From the IMG/VR virus record IMGVR_UViG_3300045988_180454, positions 1,037 to 65,036 of that record: DNA of 64,000 nucleotides. One strand, written 5' to 3'. The position numbers were made by a program, and so were the translations under genes. Origin of the DNA: a virus. Positions 54,547-62,682 of this stretch are shown here, one piece after another; within the stretch, counting starts at the first letter, position 1, and each line of letters opens with the position of its first letter. The notes beneath the pieces are model-generated. The model ran no database searches. It was not told the DNA's origin and was given only the letters and a program-made list of their open reading frames with translations.

Positions 54547-55839
54547 TTATTCAGCTAAGCGTTCAACGGATTCAACCCATTGATTTACCAGGTCTTTGAA
54601 ATCGGGTGGGACAAAGCCCTCGCCTTTTACAAACTTCCCTGTTTCTGGGTCGGTTTTCCCACCTTTGAACTTGGTGCGGTTTGATTCGCAAACCCGTTCG
54701 AGTGCTGCTGAAAGATCGTAACCGGTATGGGTTTTCACCGCCAAGCCTAAAAGAGTGAAAAGAACGTCGCCGAAGGCGTCGTAAAGATCGGTGAGCACTT
54801 TTTCTCGGTATTCTTGATCCAACGCAAACTTGGGCTTCGCCATGAGGTTTACCGCTGATTTGAGTTCGTCTACTTCTTCGAGGAAGAAGTTCAGTGCTGG
54901 ACGAAGCAGTGCTTCCCGGTCGCCTTCTGCATTCAACAGGATTTTCATATGGTCTGAAATGCTTGGCGGGATTTGTCCAACCTGCATGTTCCAGTTGCTT
55001 ACTTCGTTGACGAAACCATCAAAAGCCCAGTTTTGTGATTCCTTATAAGTAGTTGGCGCTTTGGGGTCTGTGCTTAAGCCTGCGTCTTCAAGAACCTTAC
55101 CAAAAACCGCACGGTCAAGATTGTAAAGTTCTTCGGCAATAAGTGCGATTACTGACCGGAACTCCGCATCTACACCTGCATCAGAACGCTTCTGAATAAT
55201 TTCTGACCAGGTTCGGAAGTTACCTGTAACCACAATTGATGTCGCGGTAGCATTTGGCAATACACAGCGAGCTGCTTCCGCTGCTTGTTTTTTAGAAGCC
55301 TCCGGGTGATAGCGCATTACCATGTCGAAAAGCTTATTGTACAGGTCTACGCTTTCGTTGGCGAAGCACTCTAGCTTTGCTTCCATTGATGCTTTAGGTG
55401 AAAGCGGAGGATAACTACCGCTATGAGTGAGGGGGAGGTCTTGTAAAGCCGGGGGAAGCACCATCTCTAACCCCTTATCTGGGGAAACAAAACGCTGAGA
55501 CAGTACGCTAAACGACAAGTGGCGGTGGCGCGTAAGCTCTGCCAAGAATGACCGGCTTACACTTTCAAGAAGGAATGTTGCCGAAGCGTGTTCCATGATG
55601 GAGTAGTGGTGTTTTTCATGGATCGTCTTCTCTACGTACTTAGTCGGCGTGTTGGTTTCCTCATTTGGACGATCCCAAGACTGGTAGCAGTTCCGTCCCG
55701 CAAACTCAATAAGACGGGTTGAATCTGGATCACCTGGTTCATGAGGAAGCACGTGTCCAAAATCGTAGTTGAACTCTGGATTTAGCCGGGTGAAGGCAAG
55801 TAATGTTACTTGCGGAGTCTGAGAGATTCGCACATTCAT
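54547..55839 (-). CDS. thyX: flavin-dependent thymidylate synthase fused to a MazG/all-alpha NTP-pyrophosphohydrolase-like domain
   Basis: ThyX signature RHRHLSFSVLSQR in the N-terminal ~270 aa. The C-terminal ~150 aa carry LEEVDELKSAV ... DAFGDVLFTLLGLA ... VCESNRTKF. Confidence 0.75.
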   Translation of the reverse strand: MNVRISQTPQVTLLAFTRLNPEFNYDFGHVLPHEPGDPDSTRLIEFAGRNCYQSWDRPNEETNTPTKYVEKTIHEKHHYSIMEHASATFLLESVSRSFLAELTRHRHLSFSVLSQRFVSPDKGLEMVLPPALQDLPLTHSGSYPPLSPKASMEAKLECFANESVDLYNKLFDMVMRYHPEASKKQAAEAARCVLPNATATSIVVTGNFRTWSEIIQKRSDAGVDAEFRSVIALIAEELYNLDRAVFGKVLEDAGLSTDPKAPTTYKESQNWAFDGFVNEVSNWNMQVGQIPPSISDHMKILLNAEGDREALLRPALNFFLEEVDELKSAVNLMAKPKFALDQEYREKVLTDLYDAFGDVLFTLLGLAVKTHTGYDLSAALERVCESNRTKFKGGKTDPETGKFVKGEGFVPPDFKDLVNQWVESVERLAE

Positions 55840-55840
55840 T

Positions 55841-56179
55841 CTACAGCACCTTGTCCGCTGCGTAGTCGTAGGAGAAACTGCCTTGGTTGTTCCGTGCTAG
55901 CTCACGCCGGCGCTGCTCAACATAAATGTCATTCTTATTCCAGAACGCTTCCATGAACATTGCGCGCAAAATAGACAGTTGCTGTCGCTTGTCTTCTTCC
56001 ACTGAAGACGGATCTACCAGGAAGTACTTCGGTAGACCCGGGGAGTACTGAATTTCTTCCTTTGGTTTGCCTTGAATGAAAGAGGCGATTTCAAGGTCTC
56101 GCTGGTCTACGAGTTCGTCGTACTGGTCACGAAGAGCTTGTAGTTCTTCGTCGGTGTATTCTTTGAGCTTTTTAGCCAC
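55841..56179 (-). CDS. hypothetical protein
   Basis: 112-aa ORF, tightly packed. Confidence 0.55.
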   Translation of the reverse strand: MAKKLKEYTDEELQALRDQYDELVDQRDLEIASFIQGKPKEEIQYSPGLPKYFLVDPSSVEEDKRQQLSILRAMFMEAFWNKNDIYVEQRRRELARNNQGSFSYDYAADKVL

Positions 56180-56191
56180 AATTCTTCCTTT

Positions 56192-56983
56192 CTAAAATAG
56201 TCGGTCTGCCATAGATTCTACCGGATGACCGCTTTGTAAACCTAATGTTTTGCGGATAAAGTTAATGCCTTCTGTCTTTACAAAGGTGGTACGGATAGCA
56301 ATTTTCCTTGCTGTGCGGGGATCAATTCGGTAGCCTTGCTTGACCTCAAAGTATTTCATGTACCGCTGATATGGCGTGTTGTAGTCATCTCCTCGGGAAA
56401 TGAAAATGCCGCTATACCGAAGTTGGGCAAACAAGCTGTTTCGTCCAATCCCTAGGACTTTTGCCGCCTCAGCCATGGTGTAGAGACCTTCGGAGTCACA
56501 GAGTGCGTCGAAGGCTTCCGCTTTTGGTTGAAGTACCTTGTTTTCTGCCTCTAGGGCTAGTCGCTCTTTTTCTGTTGCGAGGGCAAGCTCTAGGATTTCT
56601 AGCCGGGACATATCACTTTGGGGGTTAGTCTGGTTCTGCTCTGCCCTGAGTTTGCGTTGCAATTGCTTCTCAGCTTCGATGAAGTATCGGCGTGCTTGCT
56701 TCCCTAGTTCTGAGCGTTGAATCATAGCAATTTCCTTTGCCATATCCAGACTCACAATGTGGTTGAGTCGGGGACGAGAAGGCATTCCCGCAGGTGGCGT
56801 CGAACGCTCATTTTTGAGACAGTAGTCAGTGCCTTCCTCGAAACCGTAAGCAGCCATCCGAGGGAACCAATCTTTATAATGAGCTCCTATTTGTAGGAAC
56901 TTATGGAGGTCCCGTCCCATCACGGCTTGCACAGAATCTTCCATCTGCACAATGGGAAGCAGGTACTTGATGAGATCAGACAT
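56192..56983 (-). CDS. antirepressor (AntA-like N-terminus + KilAC-like C-terminus)
   Basis: N-terminal VMGRDLHKFLQIGAHYKDWFPRMAAYGFEEGTDY. C-terminal YTMAEAAKVLGIGRNSLFAQLR. Confidence 0.65.
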   Translation of the reverse strand: MSDLIKYLLPIVQMEDSVQAVMGRDLHKFLQIGAHYKDWFPRMAAYGFEEGTDYCLKNERSTPPAGMPSRPRLNHIVSLDMAKEIAMIQRSELGKQARRYFIEAEKQLQRKLRAEQNQTNPQSDMSRLEILELALATEKERLALEAENKVLQPKAEAFDALCDSEGLYTMAEAAKVLGIGRNSLFAQLRYSGIFISRGDDYNTPYQRYMKYFEVKQGYRIDPRTARKIAIRTTFVKTEGINFIRKTLGLQSGHPVESMADRLF

Positions 56984-57034
56984 TTTTTGACTCCTTTGTG
57001 TTGTCTGATTGGGTGGACAATGTGTCTGGTTATC

Positions 57035-57074
57035 ATTATAGCAAAAACACCTAGACCATAAAGATCTAGGTGTT
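57035..57074 (-). terminator. terminator hairpin with T-run, immediately followed by a TATAAT box for the antirepressor gene
   Basis: ACACCTAGA (57047-57055) pairs with TCTAGGTGT (57065-57073). Minus-strand TTTTTGC is followed by TATAAT (plus-strand 57035-57040). Confidence 0.55.
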
Positions 57075-57248
57075 CCTACCTGTCAAATAATGTACCGACC
57101 AATTCTATGGGAGAGAACCAAGAGTCACCGGAAGTCCAGAAAAAGCCAGAGGCCGGGACTCTTGATCGGTTAACTAATATGATAGCAGAAAATCCTTTGA
57201 AGAGCAAAACCCCTGGTTATTCCCAATACTCAAAAATGAGTACACGTA

Positions 57249-57285
57249 GAAAATCCCCCGGGGGAGTCAAAAACCCCAGGGGATC
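57249..57285 (-). terminator. two short GC palindromes, each followed by a T-run on the minus strand (weak terminator candidates)
   Basis: TCCCCCGGGGGA (57254-57265) and CCCCAGGGG (57274-57282). Both have very short loops. Confidence 0.3.
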
Positions 57286-57352
57286 ACCCAATCAATCACT
57301 CAATCCCTATAAAAAGAGACCCTGCGTTATCGTAAACGCAAAACCCATTATA

Positions 57353-57631
57353 TCACGATCCTTCTTGCAGCACAAGAATGGTTCGCTGAAGTAGGGCAAT
57401 CATAGATTGATTATCTACGACATTGCAGCCTTCAATGGCAAGATCAAAACGATCTTTATACACGTCACCGTCCGCTTTTGCTTCTTTGTCTCGTAAAACA
57501 ATAAGCACTCCGCCGACTAGTTCTTGAGACGGGTCTGCATCTGGCCATTGTTCTTCCTGCACTCTCCGTACTGCCTCTGCACAGGCGGAGTCATCAGTGA
57601 CGTAGGTTTCATCAGAGATATGTTTTGTCAC
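57353..57631 (-). CDS. hypothetical protein
   Basis: 92-aa ORF with ATGA-type coupling to the upstream gene. Confidence 0.55.
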   Translation of the reverse strand: MTKHISDETYVTDDSACAEAVRRVQEEQWPDADPSQELVGGVLIVLRDKEAKADGDVYKDRFDLAIEGCNVVDNQSMIALLQRTILVLQEGS

Positions 57632-58146
57632 GGCAATTCACCTTCTACCTTTCGCATTTCCAGTTCAATAAGTCCATCGCGGAGGTCTTCGTATTTGTAA
57701 TACCTATCCTCAAGTTCTTGCAATAATTCCTCAAGATCGTCTTTAGAAACAATGCTGTCAACGAAAGAGTAGATCCAATCAAAAGGATATTCCACCAAGT
57801 ACTGGATGACTTCTTCAATGAGGATGCTTGAAGTAACATTTTCCAGATCGGGGAGCACAGGGAGCACTCTTTCCATATAGAAGTTCCGCAGGCCTGCTTT
57901 CTTTTGTTCAAACTGCTCCCAGAGTTGAAAAATATCCTCATCACTTAGGGGAGGTTCTTCTTCCTCGTGGGATTCAATAATGCTCTTGGGAAGCTTTTTG
58001 ATTTCTTCATCAATCGCTTCTTGAAGAGAGTCTTTGACTGCAAAAAGCCGGTTGATCCGCTTGGTTTCTTCGGACTCCTCTTCTAGGGAGAGATATAGGC
58101 GTAGCAGCTCTTCATCACTTGGTTGGTTGTACATGTTTAGTCGCAT
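57628..58146 (-). CDS. hypothetical acidic protein
   Basis: 172-aa ORF. Confidence 0.55.
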   Translation of the reverse strand: MRLNMYNQPSDEELLRLYLSLEEESEETKRINRLFAVKDSLQEAIDEEIKKLPKSIIESHEEEEPPLSDEDIFQLWEQFEQKKAGLRNFYMERVLPVLPDLENVTSSILIEEVIQYLVEYPFDWIYSFVDSIVSKDDLEELLQELEDRYYKYEDLRDGLIELEMRKVEGELP

Positions 58147-58259
58147 TCTCCCTTGTTATCGCTTTCTTCAAAGGCGTCCTCGAAAAATCTTCCCAGTAAT
58201 CATCACTGCAAGGATGATTGGACATGAAAGAAGACTTTCTCCGGCTTTTTGAAGAGTTA

Positions 58260-58463
58260 TTAAATTGTGTCCTTGTCCTGCGTCGATTGCGCATTGTTGT
58301 AGCCTTCCTTTCCTAAAATAGCCTGTTTAAAGGACTCCATTTGGGTTTCAAAGTCCTTTTGTCGGCGTTCTTCTGCTTCAGCATGAACTTTAAGAAATTC
58401 AGCAAAAGAACCAGGCTTGACATGAGTAAATTTTCTCGCTGGTTTATGGCTCATCTTGTTCAA
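58260..58463 (-). CDS. hypothetical small protein
   Basis: 67-aa ORF overlapping the upstream gene end. Confidence 0.45.
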   Translation of the reverse strand: MNKMSHKPARKFTHVKPGSFAEFLKVHAEAEERRQKDFETQMESFKQAILGKEGYNNAQSTQDKDTI

Positions 58464-58845
58464 GTCCTTCTAGGTAGTCAGACATTGATACCACTTTTTT
58501 GTTGACAGCCTCAATGTTTTCTTTCTGACAATCGTGCGCTAGGCAAAGGTAAGAGGCCGCGTCTAGGCTGTCATCAATGAGTGATTCTGGGTATTCCTCG
58601 TAGACACTGCCTAGAAAATCAGGGTCTTGGTCAACGCATTGACTAAAGTCCGTGTTGGCGGTTACTCGGGCAATTTTGAAAAGTGCCATCATCCGCGCTA
58701 CGTCTTCTGGAAGCAGGGTGATATCCGCGTCTTCCCGGGTTGAAAGATACGCCGACCATTGCTTGGCAATGGCGAGAAAAGTTTTATCGCCGTAGCTTTC
58801 GCCTCGGGTTTCTAGAATGCGTTGAATTTCTTTTGCCGTGTCCAC
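58444..58845 (-). CDS. DUF6378-like phage protein
   Basis: The pattern RGESYGD ... WSAYL ... LPEDVARMMALFKIARV is typical of that phage family, as I recall it. Confidence 0.45.
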   Translation of the reverse strand: MDTAKEIQRILETRGESYGDKTFLAIAKQWSAYLSTREDADITLLPEDVARMMALFKIARVTANTDFSQCVDQDPDFLGSVYEEYPESLIDDSLDAASYLCLAHDCQKENIEAVNKKVVSMSDYLEGLEQDEP

Positions 58846-58858
58846 GAGTTTTTCCTTT

Positions 58859-59497
58859 CTATGCAGACTGCTTTGATTCTAGCATAGTGAGGAATTTTTC
58901 GGTGCGGTCACTGATGGTTGTTGCCATGTCCTCAACTTCGGCTTCTGAAGCACAAATGTCCACGTTGGCTACGTGAGTAATATCTGTGTAGCCTTGTGCC
59001 TCCAAAATCTTTTGAGTGTCTTTCACGGCTGCGCAAAAATCCCGACCAAACGTAAGGTTCCCGACACCAATAATGAATTGGGGGGTGTCCCGCAAAATAA
59101 GTTTTTCTGCTTGCAAAAATTCTTTGAGTGGTTGGGGGATCATGTCGTCTTTCACCCGCCTTCCGATCGCTGGGTCGTCAACGAACCGTCCGTAGCTGGG
59201 AACCAACCACACCACAGAGGAATACATACGCTTTCCGCGGAACTGAGCTGCATCCATGTCGAGGGATGCGTATTGCTGTACAATTTCAAGCTTGATTCGA
59301 TCCACCGCCTTGAGGTGTCCCCTTACGCCTTCTTTAAGGGCATTCGTGAGACAAATTCCTTCAAACTTAGGAGCAGCCTTAGGGTTCCTTAGCCATAAAG
59401 TTTCCTTTAGCTTATCAAAGACTTTTTGAGTGTTACCGGAAAGACTGTAGGCAACAAGAAGATGGTTCATCCAAGGTTCAGGTTGGTTATTCGGCAT
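58859..59497 (-). CDS. nrdI: NrdI-like flavodoxin (longer than usual, 212 aa)
   Basis: LVAYSLSGNTQKVFDKL near the N-terminus and IIGVGNLTFGRDFCAA resemble the NrdI motifs (SxSGNT, GxGNxNFG). Confidence 0.5.
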   Translation of the reverse strand: MPNNQPEPWMNHLLVAYSLSGNTQKVFDKLKETLWLRNPKAAPKFEGICLTNALKEGVRGHLKAVDRIKLEIVQQYASLDMDAAQFRGKRMYSSVVWLVPSYGRFVDDPAIGRRVKDDMIPQPLKEFLQAEKLILRDTPQFIIGVGNLTFGRDFCAAVKDTQKILEAQGYTDITHVANVDICASEAEVEDMATTISDRTEKFLTMLESKQSA

Positions 59498-59957
59498 CGA
59501 GGTTTTCCTTTTCAGTTACTAGTCCTAGTTTGAGTTTTTGAATCATTTCTTTTGCCAACTCCTGGTCTTCTTCGGATAGGGTGGTGATTCGCTCTTCCAG
59601 GTCCCGTACCGCGCGGAGGGAGTCGACGGTGATTCGGCTACAGGCAAAGGGGAAATGGTTGGTCTTAAACAACTCAATTAAAGCGTTTCCCGCTTCTAGG
59701 AATTGCCTTTTGTCTTCCGGGGTGAAAAGCAGCTCTGGTCCGTAGAGGGCCGGGACTAGAGCCTCACGGAGTTCTTCTGCATCAAAGACTTTTTCTAGAG
59801 GCAGAATGATTTGGATTTTGCCTGACTCAAGAAGTTTCTCCGCTAGTTCTTTTTTGACTCGTTTTACGGACTCTGGATTGGGGAACTCAAAAGTTTCTTG
59901 CCTGATTGCGGCGAGTAGCGCTAGGGAGTCTTCGTCTAGTTGGATTTCTAGCTTCAC
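59487..59957 (-). CDS. hypothetical protein, first gene of this minus-strand block
   Basis: AGAAAGGAAAA-N4-GTG. ORF of 156 aa. Confidence 0.55.
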   Translation of the reverse strand: MKLEIQLDEDSLALLAAIRQETFEFPNPESVKRVKKELAEKLLESGKIQIILPLEKVFDAEELREALVPALYGPELLFTPEDKRQFLEAGNALIELFKTNHFPFACSRITVDSLRAVRDLEERITTLSEEDQELAKEMIQKLKLGLVTEKENLDAE

Positions 59958-59984
59958 GTATTTTCCTTTCTGTGTCGTGACTCA

Positions 59985-60011
59985 ATTATATATGACAGGG
60001 GAGGGGTTCAA
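59985..60011 (-). promoter_or_regulatory. promoter candidate TTGAAC-N15-TATAAT
   Basis: Minus-strand TATAAT is plus-strand 59985-59990 and TTGAAC is 60006-60011. The spacer is short. Confidence 0.3.
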
Positions 60012-60039
60012 GGTTTTGAGTCAAGATATCTTTGTCACA

Positions 60040-61020
60040 CGTTAAAGCAAAACAAAAACAAAAAAAATTATGCAGAAAAACTTGAGTTAAGTGAGTTTTT
60101 GAGTTAACGGTGTTCAAAACATATCTTGACCTGCATAAATACCTAACTCAAATTCAAATCAAAAGTTGAGTTAGGGTTTTGAGTCAGAAAAAGTTGAGTT
60201 GGAGACGTTTAAACACAAAGAAACTCAAAAATTTACCCAAAAAAGTTGAGTTGAGTTGAGTTTTTGAGTTAAGTCAATGAAACCCACTCTGACCTGCACA
60301 AACCCGTAACTCAACTTTAACTCAAAAACTGAGTTGAGTTGAGTTAGGCGAAAAACTGAGTTGAAATTTAAAGCAAAATAAATCGAAAAATTTGTACAAA
60401 AAAGTTGAGTTACTTGAGTTAATTTGAGTTTACCCTATTTGACCTGCGGAAATGCTGACTCAAATTCCAACTCAAGTTTTGAGTTGAGTTTTGAGTTGAG
60501 GATTGTCCGGGTTTCAGACTTCGGTTGAGCCGCCGGTGAGGCAAGGAAGAGACCGCAACCCACCGATTATGGCGCTGAAACAGGGTCTCAACTCAAATTC
60601 TGACTCAGTTTTCGCAAAAACAGCAAGACTCTGACCTGCATAAATACGTAACTCAAATTCTAACTCAAAAAGTTGAGTTGGCCTTTTCGCTGGTCAGGAT
60701 AGGTTTTTAGGGGCTAACTCAAAAACTCAACTTTTTTGTCGATATTTTATAACTAATAACGCTTTAACGCTTATTAGTTGTGCACAGCTGTATTTTCTCT
60801 ATACGCATTATTTTACAATTTAAATTGAGTTATTGAGTTAGAGTAGTGAAAAGGGTATCTGACCTGGTAAAACAGTAACTCAATTTCAACTCAACTTTTT
60901 ATTTTCCCAGGTCAGAATTTGAGTTGAAACTGAGTTAGCAGTTCAGAGGGTATTTTTGAAACACGAAAAACCGGGATTTCGGGTTTCCAACTCAAAAAGT
61001 TGAGTTAGGCAGAAAAAGAC
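60040..61020. repeat. heptamer field: about 40 copies of TTGAGTT/AACTCAA in five ~50-bp composite units
   Basis: Composite unit: TGACCTG-N8/9-TAACTCAA-N4/5-AACTCAA-N4-TTGAGTT. TGACCTG cores lie at 60127, 60289, 60439, 60631 and 60859. Runs such as GTTGAGTTGAGTTGAGTTTTTGAGTT occur at 60245-60270. Confidence 0.9.
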
Positions 61021-61083
61021 GCCTTGACTAAAAAACCGAAAGCGGCTGGTTCAAGGCGTGTGCTCAAATTTGAGCGGCTGATT

Positions 61084-61608
61084 TTAAGAATATTGGTTGT
61101 ACAGATTCTGCTGTTGCTTCTCCCACTCCTGAGCGAAAGTGCGGTCATTCGTAGCCGCGGCTCGGAGTTGTTCGCTGCGCTGCACCGCGGTGTTCCCTTG
61201 AGCGATAGTCCAGCGGAGCTTGACACGCGCCTCAGGCGTGAGTCCGAATTGTTTAATGCCGTCCATCCAAAGCTTTTGGAATCGTGCTCGGTCGGCGGCC
61301 TTGTACATTGGGTTCAAGGATTCCTGGAGGTCTCCAGCGAGAATCACGAGGGTGTGATAGTCTGCGGCTGTCCATTCGCTCACCATCGGCGAGGTCCAGA
61401 TCTCTTCCCACCAGCGGAGGACTACCGGGGACCATTTCGTCTCCTCGGCACCGATAAGATCGGCGGGAAAACCCACGACTTCGCTAGCAGGCGGAAGCTC
61501 TGGTAAGCTAGCTAGCAGCTCTTCTCGCGGCCTTTGTGCTAGCATGGTGGTAGCGGCCTTGGCACCCTTTTTTGACGGGCCTCCGGGCTTCCTGGGGGGT
61601 CCTGGCAT
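61084..61608 (-). CDS. terminase small subunit-like protein (P27-like)
   Basis: The pattern W..VVLRWWEEIWTSP ... DYHTLVILAGDL ... KQFGLTPEARVKL is typical of actinophage small terminases. The N-terminus is basic. Confidence 0.55.
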   Translation of the reverse strand: MPGPPRKPGGPSKKGAKAATTMLAQRPREELLASLPELPPASEVVGFPADLIGAEETKWSPVVLRWWEEIWTSPMVSEWTAADYHTLVILAGDLQESLNPMYKAADRARFQKLWMDGIKQFGLTPEARVKLRWTIAQGNTAVQRSEQLRAAATNDRTFAQEWEKQQQNLYNQYS

Positions 61609-61770
61609 AGCGATATGGTCCTTTCCTTAGCTGAGCAGGGTCATCAAGGACATTTTACCCCAATCCCTCGCAGAGCGAAATGTGCAGCACGCGCCCGGCT
61701 CGGCCCCAGATAGGGGGAGGGGGTACCCCTGGGTGAGGTAGAACGGGGGTAATTTGTGGGGGTAGTCGCT

Positions 61771-61898
61771 TTGTTTCCCCTGGTGAGTCGCAATATATAT
61801 ACCGCAAATTGGGCATGGGTGGGGGTATATAAGTGGGTTTCTCTGGTTGCATGGGGTTGTCTGACCACCTGTTTTTACCGGAAAAACCCGGTTTTTTG
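61771..61898 (+). ncRNA. candidate small transcription unit (TTGTTT-N17-TATATA promoter to ACCGG-loop-CCGGT-T6 terminator)
   Basis: Promoter-like boxes at 61771-61799. Hairpin plus T6 at 61877-61898. No ORF lies between them. Confidence 0.3.
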
Positions 61899-62039
61899 CT
61901 TGTTTTATCAGTTTCTCTTAAGTCTTGCATGGATTTTGCATGCTATAGGTCAATCTTTTTACGGTCTATAGCATCAACTAAAAGTTTGATTGTAGCAATA
62001 GGTGTGGGTGGTTTTCCCTATCAAGGCCATTTCTTAGGG

Positions 62040-62682
62040 TAGGCTATGCTCACGTACGGGTGCACGCAATCGGTATGGCAATTGAACTATAGGATTGTCC
62101 ATAGGTGCCGATAGGCATACCGCATCAAAGGGATTGCCTATGTGTGCCTATCCACCATATAGGCAAGTGTATATAAAGCCGAATATAATAATTCGCAATC
62201 GTTTATATAGGCCATGCCTCAATATACCCGGCTAGGGGCTATCCGGGTGGTGCCTACCCCCTAGGCATGCCATGCAGCATGCCTAGCAGCCATGTGCTAG
62301 CGCTATGCCATGGCCTGCTGATCTAGGCCACTCAAAAGCGTATGGCCTAGCAGCCTCATAGACGCACGAACTCAAAGCCATATAGCCGATCATACCAGCG
62401 AGATATAAAGCCGCTGTATCGAGCTGCTAGGCTATCTATATCACATATCCCCTGGTGAGTAGATAGTGATATGTGGTGTGGTGCCAGTGGATACCCCTAT
62501 GATAGCAATGGTACTAATAGGCTATATGTGTGGTGTACTATCAGTATGCCATATGGCATATCCCTAGGCATGCCAAAACCCTACCTATAGTAGGTACCTA
62601 TATAGATACCCCTATAGATAGGGTTGGTATATGGATACCCCCTATAGCAGGGGGCATAGAGTATGCCTATACGATAGATAGG
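62040..62682. repeat. non-coding field of CTAG-, ATAGG- and GGCATGCC-type short palindromes and repeats
   Basis: CCCTAGGCATGCC occurs at about 62258 and 62563. GCCTAGCAGCC occurs at about 62281 and 62346. GATACCCC(C)TAT(A/G) occurs at about 62490, 62606 and 62634. ATAGGC/GCCTAT appears many times between 62090 and 62170. Confidence 0.8.

Noticed and set aside
57107-57394. 95-aa plus-strand ORF in the antirepressor upstream region
   Set aside because: It lies in an intergenic region full of minus-strand terminator hairpins, is oriented against the whole arm, has a low-complexity basic sequence and lacks an RBS.
58118-58225. 35-aa minus-strand ORF with GGAGAAAG-N9-ATG in the 58147-58259 gap
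   Set aside because: It may be real, but it is too short, overlaps the start of the next gene and shows no recognisable features, so it is not reported as a feature.
60040-61020. Possible CRISPR array, given the dense repeats
   Set aside because: The repeated unit is only 7 bp and occurs in both orientations with irregular spacing. There are no 25-40 bp direct repeats separated by unique spacers, and no cas genes other than a recombination-type Cas4-like nuclease far away.
61644-62042. ORFs 61644-61868(-), 61655-61930(-), 61756-61971(+) and 61833-62042(+)
   Set aside because: These overlapping short ORFs lie in a non-coding field. They are Pro/Gly-rich or hydrophobic nonsense, lack RBSs and coincide with repeat motifs and a hairpin terminator.
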